From NCBI GenBank assembly GCA_003344405.1, contig NOWV01000186.1:124001-154942 (forward strand): a DNA stretch of 30,942 nt. Direction: 5' to 3'. This DNA is from Trichoplax sp. H2. Its lineage: Eukaryota. The notes beneath the pieces were generated by a model. The model saw only the letters and a program-made list of their open reading frames with translations. It had not been told where the DNA came from and did not search any database. This document shows, piece by piece, positions 13,501 through 25,165 of this stretch. How positions within the stretch are numbered: the first letter of the stretch is position 1; the number at the start of each line of letters is the position of its first letter. Made by a program: the position numbers and the translations under genes.

Positions 13501-14406
13501 ACGAAATTAAGGCTGAAGAAACAGTTGAGACTTCATCTCGTCAGCAGTTATCAGACGTAAATAGTAATGATAATGATAAAGAAGTGACAATAAATGGAAA
13601 GACAGACTCATTGGTCGTAGGTAAAAAATTATTATTTAAGACCGTATAATGAAATTTGAGCAGATAGTAGAATTACTATTTTACTAGCTTGTATGATAAC
13701 TATCGATGTCGTTTTAAAAAGAATAAGGGTCAATGTAGAAATTTTAAGTCTTGATAGCTTCACGACTTTACGTCACTAAACTTAGAATGAAATTGAACTT
13801 TTTTTCGTTTAGTCCTCGTATTAAAAATTTTAGTTTCTAAAATCTCTACAGCTCTTCGCAATAATACGTGTAAACACAGACTTTAGCGGTGTTTTAGGCT
13901 TCAATGAAGGCAGATACGTAGGATAAAAAATGGCTATATTCTTAATCGTTTATCTATTAGTAGCAAAAGAATCACAGTCTGCAGATCACAAGACAGCTAC
14001 TACGATATCAAAAGCTAATAAAGAGCACTCACCTCAATCTGTGGCAACAGCAGGTAGATTATCTAGAATTTATAACATTTAGAAATTGCTATTACGTAAA
14101 GTAATATTACTGTCGCCTTTCCGATTGAAGGCTTTTACACTCACTCTTATAAGATGATTCTATTTTGTTGATGTCAATTCTCAGATGCTAGAAATCTGAA
14201 TTATTTATGTCCTATGACACTTCACTAACAAACACTTATGATATTGTCTGTCACTGCTCTTAAATCATGAAGATTCGAGAGAGAAAAATACAGATTCACA
14301 GGAATCAGGTGCTACTGGTTACCAAAAACGAGAGAAAACACCCAGCAAATCTAGAAGAAAATCCATTAAGAAAGCATTTGTAAAATTATTTAAAAGATCG
14401 CAATAG
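10589..14406 (+). CDS. Glu-rich, low-complexity repetitive protein of unknown function (~871 aa) with basic amphipathic C-terminus
   Basis: Phase-1-compatible exons 10589-10649 (MSDIEESQEECTQSPPEECT), 11293-13620 (bulk of the 787-aa ORF), 13961-14053 and 14273-14406 (ends SRRKSIKKAFVKLFKRSQ*). The large exon is secure. The terminal exon uses an AAG acceptor; an alternative CAG acceptor at 14184 would give a different short tail. Confidence 0.8.
12295..12602 (+). repeat. coding 45-bp (15-aa) tandem repeat EEPAEIVEAEEQITS, ~7 well-conserved copies with degenerate copies on both sides
   Basis: EEPAEVVQAEEQITS / EEPAEIVEAEEQITS / EEPTEIVQTEEQITA / EEPTETLEAQITS / EEPAEIVEAEEQVIS / EEPAEIVEAEEQITS / EEPVEVIEAEEQTPS. 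Confidence 0.9.
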
Positions 14407-15577
14407 AAGTCTTTCGCTTGGTTTAGCATCATAAAAATTTTCTGTAGTTGTAGAATTTGACAAATGTTTATTTTGATAATATACCGTCTAATTAGGTACT
14501 AAAAAAATTTAGGATGATATATATATAAATTATTTTATCGGTTGATTACATTAATATGGATACGACCAGGATAGTTTATTTATTAATTAATTAATATGCA
14601 ATGGTTTATGATTTTTATTCTAAAAGCGGATTGAAGGTATTAATATCATTAACTACGTAAGGTTCAAGACAATTTAACAATTATAAGCAAATGAATAATT
14701 AAGATTTTAATAATATTGTAATACACGCATTTGAGTATAGTTGTTTTTTTAATTATCGCCTTTTATCGAAAGATGAATACTCGTAGCGTAAGGATTAAGT
14801 TGGGATACCACAACTACTAACGGATTTCTTTACTATAAAGCTAGTAGCATCTTTTTTAAATGCAATCAATAAATGTGATTGAGCGATGCCAATGTGGCAT
14901 TTATGATAATTCTATACTAGCGTTGATGGATCTCGGAAATCTTGAATCTTTGATAGGAAAAAGTTGAGCCCGAGCACCTTATGCATAAGTTATGATCAAG
15001 AAGTTTATAGCTCTACGATGCATGGACCAGCAGTGACGCTGCTTGGTACTGCATCTCAGAATTTTTGAATTATTTAGAGGAAAGTGAACTCAAACTGGCG
15101 TTATTAATCATGATCAAGCTACAGATAAGGTTAATCGTTGTATGATATGTGGCGTATTGTATCAGGATTTCTAAATGCATTTATAAGAAATTAAACTCAT
15201 GTTACTCGTAGGATATATCGCGGAGTACTGCAAAGGGCCATTACACAGTATAGTGTCCTAGAATTCTGAATATTAAGTTAATAGGACCCATATATGATCA
15301 TACCGTCACACTAGCACTGTAGTTGATATTTTTAAAATACTAGAATATGTCCCGCTCGTTATGCTTCGCGTCCTTTGCATTCTTCCAAAAAAGGTTGTCA
15401 AGTTGTTATAATACAGTATCATGAAGGATGATGCATTGCTGTAATTGTAAGGTGTACAGTAGTAGCAGGGACTACTCCATAAAAAGGTTTATACCGTATA
15501 CTGTACCATAAACTACTAAGAGAAAAGGTTTTCTTTTAGTAGTCCATGACTGTACAGTATATGGTCAAAGAGTAGTG

Positions 15578-15990
15578 TAAAAGGAAGTTTTTTGAATCAT
15601 TGCGCGATGCAGAGTCGTAGAGTTCTACGAATCATGCACTACCTCTAAATCCTACAGGATCAGCAGTCCATGAACCAATATACTCTATGCATTAGCTACT
15701 ACAATATATCGTCAAGCAGTAAAAAGGAGCTCTTGAATCGTTATACGATACAGAATTGTAGAGTTCTACAAATCATGCATCACCTCTAAATGCTACAGGA
15801 TTAGCAGTCCATAGACCAATATACCCTATGCATTAGCTCCTGCAATAGATCGTCAAACAATACAGTAAAAAGGAACTTTTAAATCGTTGCATGATATAAA
15901 CTTGTAGAGTTCTATAAGCGTTAGCTACTACTGTACACGGTCAAACAGCAAATAGAGCTTTTAAATCGTTGCACAACACAGAATTCTACC
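15578..15990. repeat. ~141-146-bp tandem repeat, 2 full copies plus truncated copies
   Basis: gtagagttcta at 15617, 15758 and 15904. Shared aatcatgca..acctctaaat.ctacaggat.agcagtccat..accaatatac.ctatgcattagct in the first two copies. Confidence 0.85.
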
Positions 15991-16282
15991 TGATGACCGT
16001 TATGGTAACATGGCAACGCTGGTCTTTACGCGCACATTCAGTTTACATATTCTTCCCACATACGCGTATACGTGCATAACTGCCTATGCAAATTCTTTTT
16101 TTTTTATTGACTATTACCATTACTACAGTAGGCAGCCAAATTTATCGGGTATAAATAGTCATCATTGATTTAATTTGATTTTACATGTATACATAAAAGC
16201 ATCACGTTGACCATCATGCTAAATTACTACGGTCGAAGAAGCGATAGTCACATAATGCAAATGGCCACAAGTTCCCATAACA

Positions 16283-16512
16283 GGCTGATTCAAGCAGCCC
16301 TAGAAACCGGTACCTTGCGAAATACAGTAGCAAGGAGATCGTATCTGAACTGGACACCAGGGTCCTTAATTTGGCATTTTTTGATCACCGTTAACTGAGC
16401 AAGGTAGCGGACAATTCGCCCAATTTTGTAATTGCCCGACAAAGGACCCTTGCTGGTTAACTGTGGACAGTGGACACTATCCCTCATCTTGGATACTGGA
16501 ATACTGTTCCAA
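16283..16512. ncRNA. candidate structured non-coding RNA / nested inverted-repeat element (unassigned family)
   Basis: GC-richer island with multiple stems: 16386-16404/16448-16465, 16408-16416/16430-16438, 16359-16367/16442-16450, 16313-16318/16330-16335, 16283-16287/16295-16299, 16465-16472/16475-16482. Confidence 0.3.
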
Positions 16513-16728
16513 ACACTTCTATTCGCTATAATAATGTTATCGAGAGGATATTCGATTTTGTAATTTGTTCATTTTTGTAAATTAAGTAATATTACATTGA
16601 AATCTATTCTAATTTACTAAGTTCTGCTTAAAAGCAGTCATATCAGGTCATAAATATTGTTGAATTAATAGAAGTAATTAAGAAAAATAGGCACTGAAGA
16701 TCTATACTAAGTAAATTACTGATTTGGG

Positions 16729-17093
16729 GAGATTTCGGCCTCATTTGGAAGAAAGAGTCTGTCCGTCCGCACCGTGTCCATGCCATACAGTTAAGAGACT
16801 TAACTCTATAATACTGTACAGTGTACAGTATGGCCCAGTCCGATGATGAGATTTCGGCCTCATTTGGAAGAAAGCGTCTGTCCATCCGCACCGTGTCCAT
16901 GCCATACAGAGACTTAACTCTACAGTACTATACTGTACAGTGTACAGTACAGTACAGTACTGTATGGTCCAGTCCGATGATGAGATTTCGGCCTCATTTG
17001 GAAGAAGGAGTCTGTCCATCCGCACCGTGTCCATTCCATACAGTTAAGAAACTTAACTCTACTGTACAGTGTACAGTATGGTCCAGTTTGATG
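16729..17093. repeat. palindrome-rich tandem repeat, 3 copies (119 and 134 bp spacing), upstream of CTR9 copy 1
   Basis: gagatttcggcctcatttggaagaa.g.gtctgtcc.tccgcaccgtgtccat.ccatacag starts at 16729, 16848 and 16982. Units differ mainly in the number of (tacag/tactg) subunits. Confidence 0.95.
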
Positions 17094-17303
17094 GTACTGT
17101 ACTCAATACTGTACCGGCTGTCTTCCGCATACTGTACAGCACTGTATGCGTATACCGCTCAAATCGTTATTCACTCAGTATAGGTAAAACGACCATCCTT
17201 TACAGTATAATATGAGAGACTACAGTCAGGGACTACAGTGTACAGTACTTCTCTAAAAAGATTTTCCCCCTCCTAGGAACATTGACTGAAAGGTACGGTG
17301 GTT

Positions 17304-17347
17304 ACGCATGCGCGATAATTCTACCTCTAAAAATCAAAATGGCTGGA
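17304..17347 (+). promoter_or_regulatory. putative CTR9 proximal promoter motifs: NRF1-like site and YY1/Kozak-like motif at the start codon
   Basis: acgcatgcgc at 17304-17313 (GCGCATGCG core on the minus strand); caaaATGGCtgg at the start codon, mirrored by caaaATGGCtgcc in copy 2. Motif match only. Confidence 0.35.
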
Positions 17348-20300
17348 ACGACTTCTGTTGAGATTCCTTTACACGATTCCGATGAGGTAAACGAGTAATT
17401 TTGCTTAATTATGATTCCAACGACCTCGATTTTACCTTTTATTCTTCGATCTGTCTTTCATGCCAATGCTATTAGTCGTAGCAGTAACAAGAACGACAGA
17501 ATACGATTCCGTTATTCTAATGTTTGAGAATGTAGTCAACACGAATGGATGCATATTGTATCAACGCAGTAATGCGGTTTCAGTCATCAAAATTAGCATA
17601 GTCTAAACTAGTCTAAACATCAGTTTTGAATTGCTTATTTACACTATACTAGATTGATTGTGTACTAATAGAAAGCTATCTTTTGCAATGCACGGATTAA
17701 AGTCCTCATTTTGTAGCTGGAGTTTATTTAAAACATAGACAATGTCATTCAACCGGTTACATACTGTACAACTCCCCATGATAGGTAATCGAATTGGATT
17801 TCGATCAACTTCCTGATGGTGGTGAATGCCTCGCAATCCTGAAAGAAGAAAGACCCCAACTTCGTATATGGAATGTTCTAGCTGTAAGTAGGATTGATTT
17901 AGTTGATCGAATGGTGATATACGACAACATTGATCTTATCCTACCCATAATTGCGTAACATTTTTACAAGTTTTCGTTGATTCTTCATGCAATTGACGTA
18001 CTGTATTCTCAGCAATTTGTTGTGAAACGTTTTCCTCCTTACCTTACTTGTTTACAAGATTAAATCCTCTTTTGTTTATCATTGCATATGTGCAGCAACA
18101 GTATTACAAACTAGGAGAGCAAGATGCTTTCTTGTCTATGTTGGAAACTGCTACGACAGGTTAGTAAATTGCTGTGTTATACTGTAAATGCCCTTTGTCT
18201 CCTTGTGTTTGTAATAGTATGGATTAATGATGCGTTCATAAATGGCAGAAGCGACAATGAGCTACGACGATAGCGATAAAGACTTGATGACAACTTTAGA
18301 TAGTTTAGCCAACTACTACGTAGAATTGGGCAAAAAAGCAAATAATAAAGATCTAACGAGAGATTATTTTGCCAAGGTTGGGTTGCATTACACTGTATAG
18401 TGTATATCTTGATTAATTAAAAATTCATTTTTGGCAATAGTTATTAGTGCTATAATTTTTCTACAAGCGGCTCAGAATTCATAAACTAAAAATTTCGCTT
18501 ATATTTACTAAATGAATATCTACTGTTAAATTACTTGTGTAGGCCGCTCAATTGTTTGGTAAAGGCGACAAAATTATCATGCATCACGAGGTTATTTCTT
18601 GTTTCTCATCGGCAAATAATTTGCGTATTCATCGATCGCTAGAATTCAGCGTCATTGAAATAATTCCACAATCTATCACTATAATCTCATTGTTTCTATT
18701 TGTTTCTATTTTAATTGATATTAAAATCGTGATTGATGAGATGTGTGTAATAATAGGGGCATTTAGTAAGTCGTGGATGTTTTTACCTGGCTGATGGAAA
18801 ATTGGAACAAGCTGAAACACAATTCAATTTCGTTCTGACGCAAGTAAATTCATAGCATAGTAATGATATTGATATTATTGGTCTTTAGGTTACACCCATG
18901 TCTTACTAAAAGCAGTAATAGCGGTGCAATATATTAAACTATGTTATTATTACCCTTCCCTTATTCCAGTTAAACAAGCAAAATCCTCCAGCCTTATTAG
19001 GTATTGTTATGCTGGATAATATGAATGCCTTCATATTTATACTGTAAAAATGGTCAATTAAATTTACTTGCATGCCGGAAAAATTTTTATTACTATAGGC
19101 AAAGCTAGTATACTTTTCAGTCGAAAGGATTATAACGGTGCTCTTAGCCTATATAAAGAAGTTTTAAAATTAAAGCCGGAGACATGTCGAGGTGTTAACG
19201 TGTATCACTTTTGATACTTGAATACCGTATTGTTTTGTATGCAATCGATATGTTAACACCCGCTTTATTATCAACTTTACAGCTGATGTTCGTCTAGGAA
19301 TTGGACATTGCTATGCAAAGCTAAACAAACTCAACTTGGCAAGGTAAGCCTGAGTCTTTAACCACATTTACTGATCTCATGAGATATACATAAAGTGGCA
19401 CAGTTGCTAAAGTATAACCAATAAACGTTATAATAATGCTATTATCTTTTATATATTTTCACTGACAAAAAATTTCGTAGGCGAGCATTCGAAAGAGCAT
19501 TACAACTCGATCCTAGATGTGTTGGAGCGATGGTTGCTTTAGCTGTTTTGGAACTGAACAATAACAGGGTAAATGCAATAGTTCTATTTTATTTACGGTT
19601 AATTCAAATTCAAATTTGCTAATTTCGGTAATGACAAATTTAGAAACGATAATATACATGATAAGTTTGATATGATGCATAAATGTGCAGTATTTACACT
19701 TAACATTTAAAAATTTTTTATAGGCTGAATCTATTAGGAATGGGGTTGATTTATTATCACGTGCTTATACAATCGATCAAACAAACGCTATGGTGTTGAA
19801 TCACCTAGCCAACCATTTCTTCTATAAAAAAGATTTTAATAAAGTTCAACATTTAGCTCTACATGCTTTCCATAGTACGAACGTCGAACCTATCCAAGCC
19901 GAAAGCTGCTATCAACTAGCTAGAGTTTTCCATTCGATGCAAGATTACGATCAAGCTTTTAAATATTATTATCAAGCTACTCAATTTGCCGATAGTAATT
20001 ACGTTTTACCACATTTTGGTCTAGGCCAATTATATCTTACTCGTAACGATTCAGCTAATGCGGCTAGTTCATTTGAAAAAGTACTTAAAGTCCAGAGTGA
20101 TAACTATGAAAGTATGAAAATTTTAGGATCTATATATGCACGCTCTAATAACGAAGAAAAGCGAGAAAGAGCTAAAATTTTATTACAAAAAGCAACCACT
20201 CAACATCCTGACGACATAGAAGCTTGGATTGAATTAGCAGGTATACTAGAAGGTTCAGATATTCAAGGGGCACTTTCAGCATATGGTACATCTTCACGAC

Positions 20301-23252
20301 TTTTACAAGAGACTCTTGAAACCGATATACCTCCAGAAATATTAAACAATGCAGCTGCATTACACTTCCAGTTAGGTAATTTTTTAGAAGCTATGAAAAA
20401 CTTTAGTGCCGCATTGGAACGAGCTAAATTAGAAGCAAACGAATCAACCGAAGGTTCATCTTATTTCAATACTATATCAGTTACTATAACATATAACGTC
20501 GCTCGTTTACACGAAGCATTGTGTGAACATGATGAAGCAGAAAAGTTATATAAGCAAATCCTTAAAGATCATCCTAATTATATCGATTGTTATCTTCGAT
20601 TGGGATGTATGGCTCGCGATAAGGGTCACTTTTATGAAGCTTCAGATTGGTACACCGAAGCACTTGTTATAGAAAGGGAGCATAAAGATACATGGTCTTT
20701 AATTGGAAATTTACACATGATGAAGCAAGAATGGGGTCCGGCCCAGAAAAAGTACGAGCGTATTTTAAATCAAAACAAAGACGATACTTACGGTCTTGTA
20801 GCTATGGGAAATATATGGTTACAGACATTATATCAACCTACAAAGGACCCAGACAAGGTTTTAAAAATCGCGAGTTGTAATGAAATATTAATACCTACTG
20901 TATTTTAATAAGAGCCATATTGATGTTACTTATTTTTTATATTATACTAGAATAGACGTCATCGCGATCGCGCGTTGAGTCTATATAAGCAGGTAATTCG
21001 ACTCGATCCACGAAATATTTATGCCGCTAATGGTATCGGTGCCGTATTAGCACAGAGTAGTTTTCATCAAGAATCTCGAGAAATTTTTGCTCAGGTAGAT
21101 TAATATAGAATTATTGATTTGTAATTTAATAAGTTTACAAAGTTTTGAAGTTAATATACAATGTATTACTGTACTTTTAATAGGTCCGCGAAGCTACTGC
21201 CGACATGTTCGACGTATGGCTAAATCTCGCTCATGTTTACACTGAACAGAAGCAATATTCGACAGCAATTCAAATGGTACTCAATAATTTAGCATTGCTA
21301 TATCGAGTTTGATAGTGACGAAGATGAAAATTAGTGTCATTTTAGTATTGCGAAAATTTAACCAGCTATGTGATGTAATTTCTTTTAGTATCAGAACTGT
21401 ATCAAGAGGTTCGGAAAGAATCAAAGTACGGAAGTACTGCTATATCTAGCTAGAGTATTCTTTAAGGATGGTAGATTACAAAATTGTAAAAGTGCTCTTG
21501 TTAAGGTAATAAACAATTGCTCGATCATGTTTGTACAATGCAATTGCTATAGATTCGAAATTGTAATAGCCTTTGACGCTTTTAAAAATAATGGATTAAA
21601 ATTTAATTACAACCTTAGGCCTGCCACGTTGCCCCGCAGGAAACCCTACTCTTGTTTGACGTTTGCTTAGTCTTACAGCGTATAGCAACAGTTTCTCTAA
21701 AAGATGAAAATAGTAACCTCAAGGACGTTCAAGAAGCTGTTGATCAACTAAAATTAGCTCACAGGTGCTGCCATTGAGTAAAAATAATTCTTACATGATG
21801 TAATTGCTAACGATTCTTAAATTTACAGATACTTTACATTTTTGAGTAAAGTCGGAGACAAATCGAAATTCGATCTTAATCAGGCTCAATTGGAAGCACG
21901 GTATAGTTTATAATAAATACAGTGTATAGAATTAATATTGGTGTCAGTAATTAAGAAAATCCTTTCTTTTACTTGGTATCACAGCCAATGTGTAGATCTA
22001 TTAAGCCAGGCTAAGTATCATGTGTCCAGGGCAAAGAAGAAGCAAGATGAAGAACTTGAATTAATTCGTAAGCAGGAGGAAGAACACCAAGCCTATCTAG
22101 AGAAAAGAAAGGCTGAAGAGGTTGGTTTGATTACCGTGAACCACATTCTAGTTTGTTGCCAAGAGTAATTTAAATGTTCAAATAGATACAACGCCAAAAA
22201 GAAGAGGAAGTAAAGAACAAGTCCATTAATGAAAAACGTAGCCAATTTATTGAAGCGACCAAGAAACTCTTAGTTTTTGAAGCGGATACTTCTAGTGCTG
22301 CGAAAATTTCGGGTCGCCGAGCTAAGGTATGAATACTTTAGATAATGTAGCTCGAGCTCATATAACTGTTGTCCGATGCAGATACTGTATGTAACGTTAA
22401 ATAATTTTATTGCTCTTGATCAAAGAAACAAGATGACGATTTCATAAGTGATGGAGAGCAGAGTGAAGAAGACGTTACTGAACCTAAGCCTAAACGGTAT
22501 CTTCTAAGTTTAATTTTAATCTATTTGTGTAAGTATTTAGGCGATTAATATTATTTTATGCTCATAATAGCAAAAAAGCGAAAGACAAAGGTGTTCGAGT
22601 CAAAAAACGACCGCGAAAACGTAAAGCACCGGCTGCAGTCAAGGAAAGGTCTGCCAGAAAAAAACGTAAAGCTATTTCAAAAGAAATTATTTCGGATATC
22701 TCAGATAGTTCTGACGCTGATGACTCCGGACAGTTACATATTGTTGGTGAAGATGAGTGAGTTTTAATGACGTTAATGATATGAATTAAAAAGTTGATAT
22801 TATAGCTGCCTTAGATTTTACCTTAGAAAGAAGATGCTTGTGCTAAATCTTTTCCTATTTCTGTGTATATAATAAATAGAGAGGAATCAGATAAATCTAA
22901 TCTTTCGGATGAAAAGGAAGCAAGCTTTTCTGAAGAAGAAGATGAAGATGATGATGAAGTAGATTTTTCGCCACCGAAGGAAACTTCTACCAAGAGAAAG
23001 CAACGTAATATGATAGCAGAAACGGTGGATGAATCAAGCTTGTTAGGTGATGAAGACGAAAATGTAGCACCATCTGTTAGAAAATCTCTTAGGGCAACTA
23101 CAAATGCATTATTCTCATCTTCGTAAGTATCATTATAAAATATCGAATATTTTCTTTATACCTTCGGCTAATATTAATTTGTAGTCGTATTACTGAAGAT
23201 AAGTTGGTAATGTTATATTATGCAATGCATTTACTTTAGGGATGAGGATTAA
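17339..23252 (+). CDS. CTR9: RNA polymerase II-associated PAF1 complex subunit CTR9 (TPR scaffold), copy 1, 1080 aa
   Basis: 22 GT-AG exons with consistent phase: 17339-17386, 17785-17883, 18096-18159, 18249-18376, 18543-18590, 18757-18843, 18970-19000, 19099-19191, 19283-19343, 19481-19568, 19724-20857, 20951-21094, 21184-21276, 21389-21505, 21619-21764, 21829-21900, 21985-22120, 22186-22326, 22426-22496, 22571-22756, 22880-23122, 23240-23252 (3243 nt). CTR9 hallmarks: [98 protein letters not shown], and an acidic/basic disordered tail. Confidence 0.96.
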
Positions 23253-23692
23253 TATGATCACAAAGTCCAATAACATCACCTTAGAATGCTAGAGTATCCT
23301 ATCGTTCATTCATCCATCATGACGATCTTGAATTATTGGCTAATAAAAGTTATGAGCTATTGCCGTGCGAATATTACATGACTGTAAAAAATCCATTGCA
23401 TGAAAAGTGGGTATTTTTATTTTTAAATTTTCATGGGTAAATTGCTTGAATTGATATCAAACCTACCGATAAGTAAGAATGATATCATCAACATACGAGG
23501 TAAACTTTGACTGCGATAACTTGTGCTTTGTGCCGTGGATCGACCACTTCTTAGTTTTTAGATATTTTTAAATGAAACCCCCACTAAATACGCAAATATC
23601 AATGTCGCGTTGTGGTAAGCAGCAGCCATATTGGTAAATATTGCAATAATAAATACGTGTATCTTTTAAATGGAATAGAATGCAAACATTCG

Positions 23693-23717
23693 ATATATAT
23701 ATATATATATATATATA
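23693..23717. repeat. (AT)12 microsatellite
   Basis: Uninterrupted AT dinucleotide run. Confidence 0.95.
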
Positions 23718-24223
23718 GTATTTAAAACTTAAATTTTATGTGGTAAATATTTGTAAAAAGCATGAAACTCAATCTTGTATCACTGTCTGTAAAAAATTGT
23801 GCACTTTTGTCGTTATAAAGTTCTTATTCATTTGTGAACTTGATGTATTTGCTCTTATTACTGATCTATATTTTCCGTATCTTCCTTCTATTATGGTAGC
23901 ACGTATTGTTAAAGATTGTAGCATACCTTGATTACTTTTATAGAGCTACGCAATATTATAATGTCTGACAAAATGAGTAATTTATATCTACAATCTGATG
24001 TAGCTCTTCAATTGAAATACGCAATAAAATTTGGCACCTATAGATATTTTATAATACATATCATAATGATTTATTGATAGTCTGCGCGTATTATTTTACC
24101 AACAGAAAAATTCTCTTTCAATCTTCAATTTAAGCTTCACAAATGCTTCACTAATAGTAAAGATTTTTTTTAAATCTCCATTTTTAGCGTCACAGTCTAT
24201 GTCATAATTAAGCATATAATTAG

Positions 24224-24290
24224 CACTATGGTACAAATTCGGCAACATGGAGTATGATATACTCCATGTTGCCGAATTTTGTCCATAGTG
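24224..24290. repeat. 67-bp near-perfect inverted repeat with CACTA...TAGTG ends (possible minimal CACTA/EnSpm-type foldback element)
   Basis: Perfect 21-bp arms aaattcggcaacatggagtat (24235-24255) / atactccatgttgccgaattt (24259-24279) with a 3-nt loop, extended by cactatgg/ccatagtg. Confidence 0.8.
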
Positions 24291-24878
24291 TATAATACGT
24301 AGAATCATGGGCGCTCTTAAATATTTTCAAAGCAATAAAGACCTCTTTAAATCTCCATTTTTAGTTTCATAATCCCTATAGTAGCGGAGTGTAAGTAGAA
24401 GACTCATGCAGAAAAGATCAATTAGAATTTCATTTCATTTCATGTTGAACTTCATGTGCATCGCTCATGCAGAGGAAGTCTTTACTGTACTAATCATTGC
24501 ACTGAAGTTATAAATAGTTTCTATGCTGGTGCAATGCTGCAGACTATACCTTATTCTGTACAAGTTTACTAAACCTTAATTAAGTTAGGCCTATGAACTT
24601 AAGATAAAAATCTGCATTTATTATAATATTTAAAAAGGTCCGTGTAAGCTAGTCTGTCATTAGCCACCGTTTTCATTACAACTCAATGAATTAAATCTCC
24701 ATTTTTAGCTTGATGAGAGCCGTGTATAGTCGTTATATTTTTATCATACATAGTACAGTAAGGTATTGCAAGATTTTTCAATATATTGCATTATTTTACT
24801 GTTATTAAAAAAGATTGCTACATGGTGACTTTTGACGAAATCTCCTATGTTAGTAATGTCTAGTAATACGCGTACAAT

Positions 24879-25165
24879 TTAGGCGGATTACTCCAGTCTA
24901 CCGTTGAGCTTTTTTTTCTCCTTTACTCATAATAATTTACAATTAACAGAATCCCGTCTTACTTGTATAGTGCTTTTGTATTTAATTATCGGAATATTAG
25001 CCCATTCGACTTTTAAATAAATTATATTAGGCGGATTGCTCTAGTCTACCGTTGAGCTTTTTGCTCCTTTGCTCATAATAATTTGCAAGTAGCAGAATCC
25101 CGTCTTACTTGTATAGTGCTTTTGTATTTATTTGTCGGAATACTAGCTCATTCAACTTATAAATC
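24879..25165. repeat. 148-bp tandem duplication (2 copies)
   Basis: ttaggcggatt.ctc.agtctaccgttgagc starts at 24879 and 25027; identical core cagaatcccgtcttacttgtatagtgcttttgtattta. Confidence 0.9.

Noticed and set aside
14930-15135. Coding-looking segment after the Glu-rich gene
   Set aside because: Only short frames with stops and no recognisable homology; cannot be supported.
16283-16512. Telomerase RNA, HDV-like or twister ribozyme, 7SK or spliceosomal snRNA identity for the structured island
   Set aside because: Minus-strand CAAAAAAUGCC resembles the telomerase pseudoknot 3' strand, but there is no CCCUAA template nearby. The GGCGAA motif lacks a properly spaced HDV P1/P3. The twister core is incomplete. 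The paired GATC motifs and Sm-like site are too short to assign a family.
16729-17093. Hammerhead-ribozyme-like string (minus strand caaATGAGGCCGAAAtc), C-box-like ATGATGA, or CRISPR-like array
   Set aside because: The CUGANGA core is absent (reads CAAAUGA); no D box CTGA in the units; the units are whole tandem copies without unique spacers, there are no cas genes, and the context is eukaryotic.
16643-17183. ORFs of 85-120 aa across the tandem repeat
   Set aside because: Products of the repeat sequence with no recognisable domain.
22558-22767. 69-aa [14 protein letters not shown]...
   Set aside because: Wrong reading frame over CTR9 exon 20; the spliced frame reads [18 protein letters not shown].
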